In this document: positions 1-10,810 of the stretch, in pieces
How the letters are laid out: each line of letters begins with the position of its first letter
Position numbering within the stretch: position 1 is the first letter of the stretch
Source of the DNA: Octopus bimaculoides
Taxonomy: Eukaryota
Direction of reading: 5' to 3'
DNA length: 36,921 nt
Assembly: GCF_001194135.2 (NCBI RefSeq)
Contig: NC_068985.1
Location: 74,418,279 to 74,455,199, forward strand
Position numbers and translations under genes: made by a program
The notes under the pieces: model-generated
Database searches by the model: none
Seen by the model: only the letters and a program-made list of their open reading frames with translations
What the model was told of the DNA's origin: nothing

Positions 1-560
1 ATATATATATATATATATATATATATAGGTAGGTAAATGGATATGTACAAAACAGATAGATACACATATGTATGTAGAGAGATGGGTACATGGGTAATAT
101 GGACACACAAGAACACACACATGCACATACACATATACACACACATCACACACACGTATACACACAAAGATAGATATGGAGACACACCTCTATACGTAAC
201 AGACGCACGTGCATAGTCATACAAACTCATACACATAAACACTCAAACACGCAAGGAAACAAGTCCACACACAAATACACCCCCCCACACTTGTATATAT
301 ATGCATACACAAACACACAAGCAGACACACACACAGACACAGACATAAATATGCAGAATATATACATGCATACATACGTACACACATGCATAAATTCATA
401 CGTATGCATACACATATTTGTGCGTACATAAGCTCAGATGCATACACAAACATATATTTGCACATACACAAGCACAGATGCACGATGTCGTACACACATG
501 CGCACAAACAGACAAAAGGAACGCAGCTCCGACAGCGGACACTCAGCATGCATTCACAAG
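1..560. repeat. (TA)n followed by degenerate (CA)/(TA)-rich low-complexity DNA
   Basis: Direct inspection; the ORFs here are C/V/Y/M-rich or H/T-rich translations of dinucleotide repeats. Confidence 0.85.
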
Positions 561-648
561 GCTGCAAAAGCAACGAAAATTTGGGAAAGGAAAAGACATT
601 ATTAATAAATGAGTGTTAATTGAACCGGTCGGCACATTATATATATAT

Positions 649-655
<7 letters not shown>

Positions 656-746
<91 letters not shown>

Positions 747-780
747 TGTGTATGTGTGTGTGTGGGTGTGTGTGTGTGTA
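656..780. repeat. (TG)n microsatellite
   Basis: Near-perfect TG run of ~40 units, then interrupted units. Confidence 0.97.
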
Positions 781-1371
781 TACATAAACATTTATATACA
801 ATAGTGTGTCTCTATGCGTATGCCCATGTGTGTACATTTGTTTATGGTATGTGTACTTCTTGCATACACCTTCCCTCCACAGGTAATGGTCATCACAGAA
901 AAAAAATGAAAAAAAAAAACATTCCCATTGGAAACATTCCTGGTTCACAATCAAAAGCATGTATTCTAACCCAAATTGACAGAGGGAAAAATTTCAAGAA
1001 ATAACATTTCAGCTAAAAGAAAAACTTATTAAAATGCAGAAACCATCTTGAAGTGCATTACATATTAATGCTATAAGCCATTATCAAAAAATCCTCGTTA
1101 AATAGAAAGAAAAGTGCGTTACACTAAACGATATATCAACACACATATCTTACAAACTATAAAGATTGTAACCAGCAAAAACAATTGAAAATGAGTACGC
1201 TCTAAACACCAATGTTATATTAGGAATTCTTAATTGTGAGTTGTGAAGCTATACAATGGAGACATACTTCTGTCGACTCGTCATTTATTTCCAATGAGTA
1301 GTAATTGCAATATATGACGCCAAACAACACAAATTATAATTAGATTAGAAAGCATTAAGTGCAAAAATAAT

Positions 1372-2214
1372 CAGCATGCGATGGGTAAATTGTCGCCATT
1401 TATACTTTTAATTTCGCGTATGGTTTTTGATTTTGTTAACTACACAATATAGTAGTGTCAGTTGGGTACCGTGCGTGAGAAAAACAACTCAATGACGCAA
1501 TTCACTCTGCCAGAAATTTGGAAACGACATGCTGTTCTGCTTGGCATTCGTGCCGGAATCTCCAATACGAACACTTCATAATGTTTGGGTGTCAATCTGA
1601 AGACAGTGCAATCAGAGGACATGTACCGAGAGTGATGAAGATCAAACATCCAGTTAACATCTTGGTGTTTGGAGTGATCACTAGTGATGGCGACGTTATG
1701 CCGCCATTCATTTTCCCCCACTGCTTTACACTCAACATGGAGGCCTATATCAAGTGCCTGGATGAAGTAGTGCTGCCTTGGGTCAAGAGGGTGGCTGCTG
1801 GAATACCATATATCAGGCAACTGGACTCTGCAACATGCCACACAGGCAGGAGAACCCAGTCATGACTGGCTGACAATTTCTGCGACCACATCACTCATAA
1901 CATCTGACCACCTTACTCCCCAGAGTGGAACCACCTTGATTGTTACGTGTGAAGTGCAGTTGAGCGAGAGACCAAACAATCTCCTTGTAGCACCAAAGAT
2001 GAACTGAAGCAAGGATTAAAGAAGGAGACCACCAAGAAGAGTTGGCAGAGATTCTGAGGTCGTCTAGAAGCTGTTGTGATTTTATTGAATAAATTTATTC
2101 CTTGGGGTTTTTTGATATTTTTATGTAATTTTGATGAGTATATCTGTTAAAATAATATCTCGGTGTTATTTTCAGTTTTGCATAATTTAGTTGTCAATAT
2201 ATCACCGCACCCTG
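1372..2214 (+). mobile_element. Internally deleted, degenerate Tc1/mariner DNA transposon, DD37D (maT-like) family
   Basis: Frame 1518-1990 reads VFGVITSDGDVMPPFIF...QLDSATCHTGRRTQS*LADNFCDHITHNI*PPYSPEWNHLDCYV*; 37 residues separate the second and third catalytic Asp. An N-terminal fragment starts at ATG 1492 (MTQFTLPEIWKRHAVLLG). Imperfect TIRs: CAGCATGCGATGGGTAAATTG at 1372 and reverse complement CAGGGTGCGGTGATATATTG ending at 2214. Confidence 0.8.
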
Positions 2215-3609
2215 TTTATAGTGTAAAAAAAAAAACTCTGTAAAATCTCTACATATTATATATTGAAGCAAAACTGATAGGTGTTAAAAGAAATGTTAGG
2301 ATACCACATACTAGGCCTAAATGAATATGAATACCTGGCTGGTAGTTTACAAATTCAAGGCTTGATATTAAAATTGTCCTGAGCAGTACACGTAGACGAG
2401 AGCATAGAGAGCATTACAATAATGCCTTCAGATTGCAGATGGTTGTTTTAGAATCTTGAGTATTCCAGCAAATTGAACTCAAGAAGTAAAGCAAGGAAAA
2501 TATACCGAATAAGGATTTCGAAAAACTTAAGTGAACATTGCATCTGTGTATGCTACAGAGGATCTTATAAGGATGACTATGAATCGTAAGCTTGACTCTT
2601 TCAGTGCACTAATGAGCATTATCATAATGAAAGACAAACCCGAGCTCACCAGAACGCAAATCTAGGAAGAAAGAAATCGAAAAAGCAATCGTTCGAAATT
2701 TCTGACGATTTTCCAATCGGGTGTTTTATACATTTATGATCACACCTCTTCTATACATCGAACGTCAGTAGCAGACACTTTTCGTTTATTAGAACTCTCT
2801 CTATATATATATAATAAGAAATTAACATTAGATATTGTCTCAAACGATTTGATTAAAAATTACGCGCTAACGTTGATTTATATGCAAGATGTAAGTGTCT
2901 ATCTCCTCAATATATCTCCGTCTCTTTTTGTGTATATATATTGGTGCTAAATTTGCGGATATTTTGTGTCTCTATTTTCATGAAGATCATGATATATTGC
3001 TAGACAGCAGATGGTATTGAAGAACTTTCCGTAGAGAAGAGTACCAGCGTTTCTAAGTCGATGGAAAAAATTGTTCCAACCAGATCTCGTCAAAGATTAA
3101 TGAAAATGAAATTCATTGCTATTATTTACTGTTATCTAGAACTGATGTATCTTAGCTCTCGAGCAATGCAGGAAGATGCTCGTTGCAATAGAAACGCCAA
3201 GAATGTAGCGAGGCGATGAGTAGGAGTCATGAGGCCGCTCTTTAAGATTCTAAATAGTTAAAAGGTGAAATACTTAAGTGAAGGACTTCTCAGAAGACCT
3301 TCTGTTATTCGGAGGTCTCTGAAATGTATTTTTAATATATATACGTCTGTGTGTGTGTGTGTGTTTAATTGTCTGGGCGTACATACATAACTATATGTAT
3401 GTATGCATATGTACATAGACACATTCATGCATATGTGTACGTGTGAAGGAACGTAGCCTAGTTGTAAGACGGGCGAAATGCCTCCAAGCACTTTGTGTGG
3501 TGTGCTTACTGTTCTGACAGCTCGCCGCGTTATATAGACTGTTAATTGGAAATTATTTTATGAATATAACATTCAATATTTAAAAATAATGCTATTCTTA
3601 GGGAACTAT

Positions 3610-3863
3610 TGTAGCGAGAGTACAACTCCCTCTGACGAGAATAGACGGGTCCACTACATATAAATAGTAGCAGTCTGACGTAGTCGGCGGTCCGTAGTTT
3701 GACCTTCGAAGTCCAGGTACAGTTTACAGTTCGAGATTGTTGGTTCGTAAATGATTATTGGTTCGTAACGTGTTTTAATACTGCTGGTGTTTCTCTTTTG
3801 TATTGTTATAACACTATTACAGTGTATTCTTTATCTATCGTCGACAATATGAACCGTACTACG
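3610..3863 (+). mobile_element. Possible solo LTR
   Basis: CpG-rich 254-bp island starting TGTAG and ending CTACG (one change from CTACA); internal TATAAATAG at 3659; flanks CTAT/GTAT could be a decayed 4-bp TSD. Confidence 0.3.
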
Positions 3864-3989
3864 GTATTGGAGGCGGAAGGATATAAAAGAAACATACTAA
3901 AATTGTTATTCAAATTAAGGCATCGACCTGCTAAAACGTGTAAGTTAGGAGGAGAACATAGCCGTGTATATTCTGCCTATTTACGCGTA

Positions 3990-4119
3990 CGTCCATGCAA
4001 ATTTCAACTGTCTCTTTCTGATTCGATAGAATAAAATAGTAGTCCAGTACTGGGTTCGATATAATTGATCCCCCCCCCCCGGCAGACTGCCTGCCTTGTA
4101 CCAAAATTAGAAAGTATTA
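3990..4119 (+). mobile_element. 3' part of a degenerate Octopus OR2-like SINE
   Basis: CAGTACTGGGTTCGATATAATTGAT-C-run-...CCTTGTACCAAAATTAGAAAGTATT matches the tail of the SINE copies at 12154-12397 and 33979-34150. Confidence 0.5.
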
Positions 4120-4499
4120 AAATTAGTTTCTCTTAATATATTCGTATGGGTTCCGCGATATTCGGAAAACCTTATAAAAATTTGGCGGCAAAACATATAC
4201 GGCAACCAATAAATTCACTCATTTGTTATTTCCTGTTTGAGACATAATTTCTAATGTTAATTTCTTAATCTTGCAAGCCAATGATGAAAAGTATTTTGGC
4301 CAGGAAATTTATCACACACGTTTGTTTATTTGTTTGTTTGTTTCTTTCTTTAATTTGAACGCCATAAGAAAATTTGTGCTTTCATTTCTTTTTTGAAACT
4401 ACGAGGTGTAATCTTAGGTTCTATTTGACTGTTATTTTTAGCAGTTGCAGCAATCATATAGCGGTTCTTTTGTTGGTTTGTGGTTTTAAACGTTTGATA

Positions 4500-4755
4500 A
4501 AGTGCTCAGATTGATTCTTGGATTGATCAGTGAATTTTTCTCTTGAGCAAAACACTACATTTCACCTTGTTTCAGTCTACTCAGCTGTAAATAGATAACC
4601 CAGTACGGACTAACCTTTCGATCCAGGAGCATTTTGGCCTTCCTGGGTCGGCAGTAAGGTGGAATCGTTCGAAAGTTGAAACGATGCAAAGCATTTTGTA
4701 AACCAGCGATGTAAAAGAATATCTGTAGTGTTGGCGAACATTTGATCACGTCATG
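4500..4755 (+). mobile_element. Degenerate SINE fragment (core domain plus tail)
   Basis: CTTGAGCAAAACACTACATTTCACCTTG...CAGTCTACTCAGCTGTAAAT resembles conserved central domains of metazoan tRNA-SINEs; recognised from memory only. Confidence 0.35.
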
Positions 4756-5045
4756 TGTACATATCTTTTCTGTCGGCGGGCAGATATACTCCCATTTCTA
4801 ACAAAGCTGCACACTGTTGTTAAGTATATTGGTATAAACATTCGCATAACACACAATGTGCAACTTTGAGTCTTTTCCACCAAAGTCAAATTAATTTATC
4901 ATATTACATGATTACACTCACTCACAGAGACAAACGCAAGCACACACAGGCACGTGCATATAAGCACATCAACCTACCCACACAAACACGCCTATATCTG
5001 TATACATACAGTCACAAGCGCGCGCGCACGCACACACATACCTAC

Positions 5046-5089
5046 ATATAGATAGATAGATTGATAGGTATAGATAGATAGATAGACAT

Positions 5090-5144
<55 letters not shown>

Positions 5145-5145
5145 T
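5046..5145. repeat. (GATA)n tetranucleotide microsatellite
   Basis: About 24 GATA units. Confidence 0.97.
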
Positions 5146-5717
5146 TAAGTATGCAACATAAAATTCAATTTCTAAACAAGATCACGCAAATAGGCAATGC
5201 TATTTACATTGACATATATGGCATGGAATATGGATATACTCACAGGCAGGAGTGTTAGTTTTCTTCGCAGACCTTCGCAATCAATTGGTCTGAAGCTTAT
5301 ATTCAATTCACTTGACGTAAGCAAATTGGAGTTATTTGAGATAAGAAGTTTGTCTATGTATTATAAATTTCCACTCTGGCTGGAAATGAATCCCTCAACT
5401 CTTGTATATGTCCAAATTTACATTCAAGAAGAGAATTGTATTACATGTCAGACTCTTGTCATAACACAGTTGGTTAGAATATTACAAATTAAATTTCGCA
5501 GAGTTAAATGGTTATTATAATTGAATATGATTTTATGTCTGTTCCAAAAGAGGAATTTCAGTAAGAAACTCATGTAAAGCGCACGCGCATTCAATTAAAG
5601 AGCTAATCAGCAATTAGATAAATATTTCTGGAGCCATGCAACTACAACAGACATTTACATTATTATCAGAATATATTTCACATTATTATCAGAATAGTGT
5701 ACATTTATGTACACTAT

Positions 5718-6000
5718 TATCTTATTACTTGTTACAGTTATTAGACCATGGCCATGCTGGGGCACCCACTTCAAGAATTTTTAGTCTAATGAATCCACCC
5801 CAGCTGTTTTTTTAAATCTTTTTAAGCCGGTACTTATTCTATCACTCTCTTTTGCTGATGTGCTAAGTTACGGGGACGTAAACACACCTGTGGTGATGGA
5901 TGGAAACACCCTTCCCCCACATATACATATATATATACAACGGTCTTCTTTCAGTTTCTGTCAACCAGATCCATATATAGTAAAAGACACTTGCACCTAA
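5718..6000 (-). mobile_element. Octopus OR1-like tRNA-derived SINE, degenerate, head eroded
   Basis: Plus strand shows CTTGTTACAG...CCATGCTGGGGCAC...GGTACTTATTCTATC...GCTAAGTTACGGGGACGTAAACACACC, a TA spacer and ACGG-CTTCTTTCAGTTTCTGTC; the same blocks occur at 17227-17389 and 28821-29000. Confidence 0.7.
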
Positions 6001-6438
6001 TATAATAGTGTGTGTGTGTGTAGTCACTGATTCTAGTGGGAGTCTCACAGAATTCTACAATATCCTAATATATAAATTTGAATGAGTTATGAAATCAGAA
6101 TTTGAATCCTGTCACTACGTTGAAATTGCCCATAAATTTTAATATATTAACTCTTTTAATGTTTTATGTTGAGTTACATTATGTTTCAAATTCTGTGATC
6201 ATTGTCAACTGACATATGTTAACTTCGAAATGCTGAGGTGTTCGGAAAAATTTATTGCCTACCTAATACATACATTAATGCATACAATCCCTAAACAGGA
6301 AGGAAATTATTTTTTTTCTTTTGCAAATTCGTCATGTGATAGTGTCTTTTTTTATCTTCATTTCAATTTCTTTATTAGGATTCAGATTTCTTTCTTACAG
6401 TAAGAATTGAAATAATTAATGACAGAAGACATTAATTG

Positions 6439-7548
6439 CGAGCTCTGTTCAATAAATATCCGGACTAGTGCTATAAAAACAAAACTACAGCACGTACCAA
6501 TTGGTCATTTAATCTCCTTCAAAGTAGTCTGCACACTTAATCCACCACTCTTTCCATTGATGGAAGCATTCCTGAAACTTGTTTTCTGGCATAATCAGCA
6601 GCTACCTCGTCGCATTCTGTTTGATTTCCTCGTCGTCTTGAAATCTTTATCTTTCCAAGTGGGATTTGATTTTTGGAAAGAGGAAATTGTCGCTAGGGTG
6701 ACAACTGGGGAATATGGTGGCTGTCAAAACTGGAGAATGCTGTGCCTAGCCAAAAACTTTTTCTGAAGCTGCGCTGAATGGGCAGGTGCGTTGTCATGAT
6801 GCAATTTCCACTCATCGGACACATGCAATTGAGGACTTTTCCCACAAATAGCATCCCACAAACGCTGCAAAACGTCGCGGTAGTATTCCTTGCCTACTGT
6901 TCGACCAGGTGGAGCATACTCATGATGAACATTCCCCTTGTAGTCGAACCAAACAGTCAACAGTGTCTTCACATTGTTTCCACTGAGCCTTTATTTCGGT
7001 GTCATAGCCATAGACTCACGATTCATCACCCGGTGTGACCGTTTTCAAAAAAGTCTTCCTCTTTCTCGACACAATCAAGGAGATCTTGTACAACTGAAGC
7101 ACGAATATCATTTTCGTTATCTGAAAGCAGTTTGGCACAAATTTGACAAACATGCTTCTATTACCCAAATTTTCAGTGATAATGGACTGAACGGAACCGT
7201 AACCGTAGCTAATTCTACACATCCTCTGATAACTCACGGATGTGTGGCTCATACACTCCTCTTCATACATTTTCTGGACATTTGCGTAGTCTTTGAGCGG
7301 GTATCGCCAAGCGTTTGGCCAAATTTGGTGTAGATTCTCTTTTCAAATTTCTGTCATAGTCAATGCGATGATCACATGCTACAAATGTTCCTTCCAATTA
7401 CTGCTGTAAACAGAAGGGAGCTAGAACACTAAAACTTAGTGCACATGCTCAAAAGATTTCAAGGTCGATCTTTGCCAAGCAGCTCTACTCTGCGTGGTTT
7501 AGCTTCGTTAATGCGACGACAGACCGGATACTTATTGATCAGACTACG
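6439..7548 (-). mobile_element. Degenerate mariner DNA transposon (DD34D), near full span with frameshifts and deletions
   Basis: Minus-strand peptides FLKTVTPGDES, TVWFDYKGNVHHEY...WKLHHDNAPAH and QPPYSP..PSDNFLFPKIK, with 34-aa D-D spacing after one 1-nt frameshift. TIRs TGCGAGCTCTGTTCAATAAATATCCGGACT (6437) and reverse complement TACGTAGTCTGATCAATAAGTATCCGGTCT (ending 7550); TA at 7549-7550. Confidence 0.88.
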
Positions 7549-7630
7549 TATTTCAAATATATGAATGTGCATATAGATATACATTAATACATATATGTGG
7601 ACATATATATCTACCTGGCTTTCTATCTCT

Positions 7631-7661
<31 letters not shown>

Positions 7662-7871
7662 NNNNNNNNNNNNNNNNNNNNNNNNNNNNNNNNNNNNNNN
7701 NNNNNNNNNNNNNNNNNNNNNNNNNNNNNNNNNNNNNNNNNNNNNNNNNNNNNNNNNNNNNNNNNNNNNNNNNNNNNNNNNNNNNNNNNNNNNNNNNNNN
7801 NNNNNNNNNNNNNNNNNNNNNNNNNNNNNNNNNNNNNNNNNNNNNNNNNNNNNNNNNNNNNNNNNNNNNNN

Positions 7872-7912
<41 letters not shown>

Positions 7913-8760
7913 GTATGTGTACCTATGTATGTAAATGTCTAAAAGATTAAACATTTTGTCGTACAAATGACAAATTGTATATAAGCATTATAATCCGATA
8001 GAGTTACATGAAACCAGGTTACTGATGATGTCGAGACGTGGAAAAGAAAAAAAAACTTCAATAGTGTGCCAGACAAAATCCAATGCTATATTCCAAAAAT
8101 ATCAATACCAAAAGTGTGAGAAAGGATAGAAAGAAACAAAGTGATTAAGTTTAAATATCAGTAATAAAACATGAAAACGGTGAGAAAATTTTAAGTTTTA
8201 ATTGCCTCAGACTAATATGGCAGTTCACTTGATTCACAAAAAGTAGTGTTTGAAATGGGCGGAAGAAGGTAACAAGAAAAAGAAAAGACGAACGCAAGAT
8301 GCAAACAAAAATAAAGTAAAAGAAAAGAAAATGAATGGCTAAAATACAAAGACAGACTGAAGAAAATGAAAGTGGAAAGACATGACTAAAATAAAAATGA
8401 AATTCGCAATCAATGAAAACTGAACGACAGTAAAGAAATGAAAGAAAGTGATGGAAGAGGAATAAGAGAATTAAAATATTTGTATAGAAAGAGAAGGACA
8501 AGTCAAAGGAAGTAAAACAAAATAAATAATTAAAAGAGTGAGGAATGATTTTAAAAAAATAGAAAAATATATTTAAAAAAATGCTGTTATGTGACTTCTG
8601 GCTAAAACGTTTTGTTTTCGGAAAACGAGTACAATGTAAAATAGATATTGTATTCGAAAACTTATTATCTAGCAAAGACAGTTATATTTTTGTAGTTAAA
8701 TAATGACAATTGAAATTATTTCAATAAGCCGACAGAGTATTCGAAATAGACCAGGATATA

Positions 8761-8899
8761 TATTCCTCTCTGCTGTAAGTGTAAATCCTAAAATTTTCGG
8801 GGGTGCGGATAGTCGATTTCATCGACACCAGTGCTCAACCGGTACTTGTTTTATAGACGCCGAAGTAATAAAATGCAAAGTTCACCTTGGTGTAATTTG
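8761..8899 (-). mobile_element. OR2-like SINE, 3' half (split by the TIR element)
   Basis: Reverse complement CAAATTACACCAAGGTGAACTTTGC...ATAAAACAAGTACCGGTTGAGCACTGGTGTCGATGAAATCGACT matches intact copies at 33979-34150 and 12154-12397. Confidence 0.75.
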
Positions 8900-10060
8900 G
8901 GATCTTTACCCTTTGAACGGCACATCGAGAAATTATTTTTTTGTAACTAAACACATTCAAACTTCGGACACTTGTAGAATGTGTCATATAAAACATCTTT
9001 TACTCTTAGTGCTGTTGAGAAAAGTTCGTATTTTAAAAGTTATTTCGTGTTAAAGTTGTCGTATTTCGGTAATTTCAACCAATCAATGACGTCTATTGAG
9101 GTGAAAACAATCAGTGCTGTTGTTTGTCAACAACAACTTCTAGCGGTGTATATTTCGTTTGTCACTGTTATTTATGACATATTTCATCTCAGTTACGATT
9201 GTATTAATAAACGAGTGTATCTGAAGCATGTTTACTTCATGGCACCACCACAATCGTTCGTGCATTTCTACTGCTCTTAGTTTTTTTCCTGTTTTTCAGC
9301 TATTATTTTTGGAAAGACATTTCCCCCACTCCAATTTCTTCATGTTTCACATTTTTCCGTAACTTTAATCCTAAAATCCCAACCCTAACCGTAACCCTAA
9401 CCGTAACCCTAAAACCTTAACCCCAACCCTAACCCTAAAACCCTAACCCTAAAACCCTAACCCTTAAACCCTAACCCTAACCCTAAAACCCTAACCCTAA
9501 CCTTAACCCTAAAACCCTAACCTACAACCAAAACCCTAGCCTAGTCCTAAAACCCTAAAACCGCAACCCTAACTCTAAAACCCTATCCCTAACCCTAACA
9601 CCCTAACTCTGACCTTAAAACCCTAACTCTAACCCTAACTCTAACTCTAAAACCCGAACCCTAACCCTAAAACCCTAATCCTAACTCTAAAACCTTATTC
9701 CTAACCCTAAAACCCTAACCCTAAACCTAACTCTAAAACCCGAAACCTAACCCAAAATCCCTAAAGCTATAACCAGTACAAACGCACGAACGATGTCATA
9801 AATAACAGTGACGAACGAAATATACACCGCCGATAGTTGTTTTTGACAAACAACGGCAGTAATTTTATTCAGCCGGTTGGTTGAAATTACCGAAATACTA
9901 CAACTTTAACACGAAATGACTTTGGAAATATAAACTTTTCTCAACAGCACTAAGAGTAAAAGATGTTTTATATGACACATTCTACCAGTGTCCGAAGTTT
10001 GAAAGTGTTTAGTTACAAAAAATTAATTTCTCGATGTGCCGTTCAAAAGGAAAAAGATCC
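8900..10060. mobile_element. Non-autonomous long-TIR (foldback/MITE-like) DNA transposon with 8-bp TSD and internal telomeric-repeat array; Merlin- or MULE-like
   Basis: 8900-9180 is the reverse complement of ~9790-10060 (about 90% identical by eye over the outer 180 bp); ends GGATCT...AGATCC; GTAATTTG is duplicated at 8892-8899 and 10061-10068; no ORF of note. Confidence 0.9.
9366..9765 (+). repeat. Interstitial degenerate telomeric array (CCCTAA)n / (CCCTAAAA)n
   Basis: ~55-60 units of CCCTAA and variants (CCCTAAAA, CCGTAA, CTCTAA, CCTTAA); G-rich TTAGGG strand on minus. Confidence 0.95.
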
Positions 10061-10145
10061 GTAATTTGATCTGCGAACTTAAAGACAGACGCAATGCAGC
10101 CAAACAGTGTACCCGGCATGTTAACGATTCTGCTAGCTTGCCGCC
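10061..10145 (-). mobile_element. OR2-like SINE, 5' tRNA-derived head (split by the TIR element)
   Basis: Reverse complement GGCGGCAAGCTAGCAGAATCGTTAACATGCCGGG...GTCTTTAAGTTCGCAGATCAAATTAC; A-box TAGCAGAATCG. Confidence 0.78.
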
Positions 10146-10739
10146 TCGGAACAGACCAAAAAATATTCAAAGCACTATCACTGGTTTTAATTCTATTCTA
10201 TCCAAAAAAGCCTTTCGAGTACATTCTATACATGATTTAATTGTAAGATATTATATCATAATTTTGTTTAGAATAATCATTCGTTTCTATTTTGGCAGTA
10301 AAAATTATATGTGTGCGAGTAAAATGATTCCAGAAAAAAATAAAACTCTTAATATCTGGTCGGATATTCAACTTAATGAATTGGTTATGGCACAGGATTT
10401 TTTTATCTCTATAAAAAAGTCAAAGATTTGGATTTGCACACTATTCCGCCTAATAATCTACTGAGGTTAATTGTTTTATGAGATCTTTGTAAAAGCGACT
10501 CCGTACTTAAAGCTTATCTATGCTTGTTAATAATTGGATTTCAATTTCAATAATGCATAGTTAAAATTATTTACATAACACTGGACTGCATTGTTTTTAA
10601 CCAACGTATTTTTAATAATTGCTTCTATCCTTTAAGTCTTTCGGGATCTCAACAAAGACTGATGAGACCGGTACTGGTGCCATGTGAACGAGAACTAGCC
10701 GTTATATGGTTGAGTGGTCGGTGACAAACTGTCGCCCAG

Positions 10740-10810
10740 CACACACACACACACACACGCACACAGACACACACACACACACACACACTCACACACACAC
10801 ACACATACAC
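10740..10810. repeat. (CA)n microsatellite
   Basis: Direct inspection. Confidence 0.95.

Noticed and set aside
217-1004. Overlapping ORFs of 60-118 aa
   Set aside because: Translations of (CA)/(TG)/(TA) repeats (CVCV, HTHT); stop-free for compositional reasons.
8151-8675. 174-aa minus-strand F/L/S-rich ORF, and similar ORFs at 15073-15721
   Set aside because: Reverse translation of purine-rich low-complexity DNA; no domain signature.
9366-9765. True chromosome end or fusion scar
   Set aside because: The array is single-orientation, degenerate, and enclosed by TIRs and a TSD; there is no head-to-head TTAGGG/CCCTAA junction.
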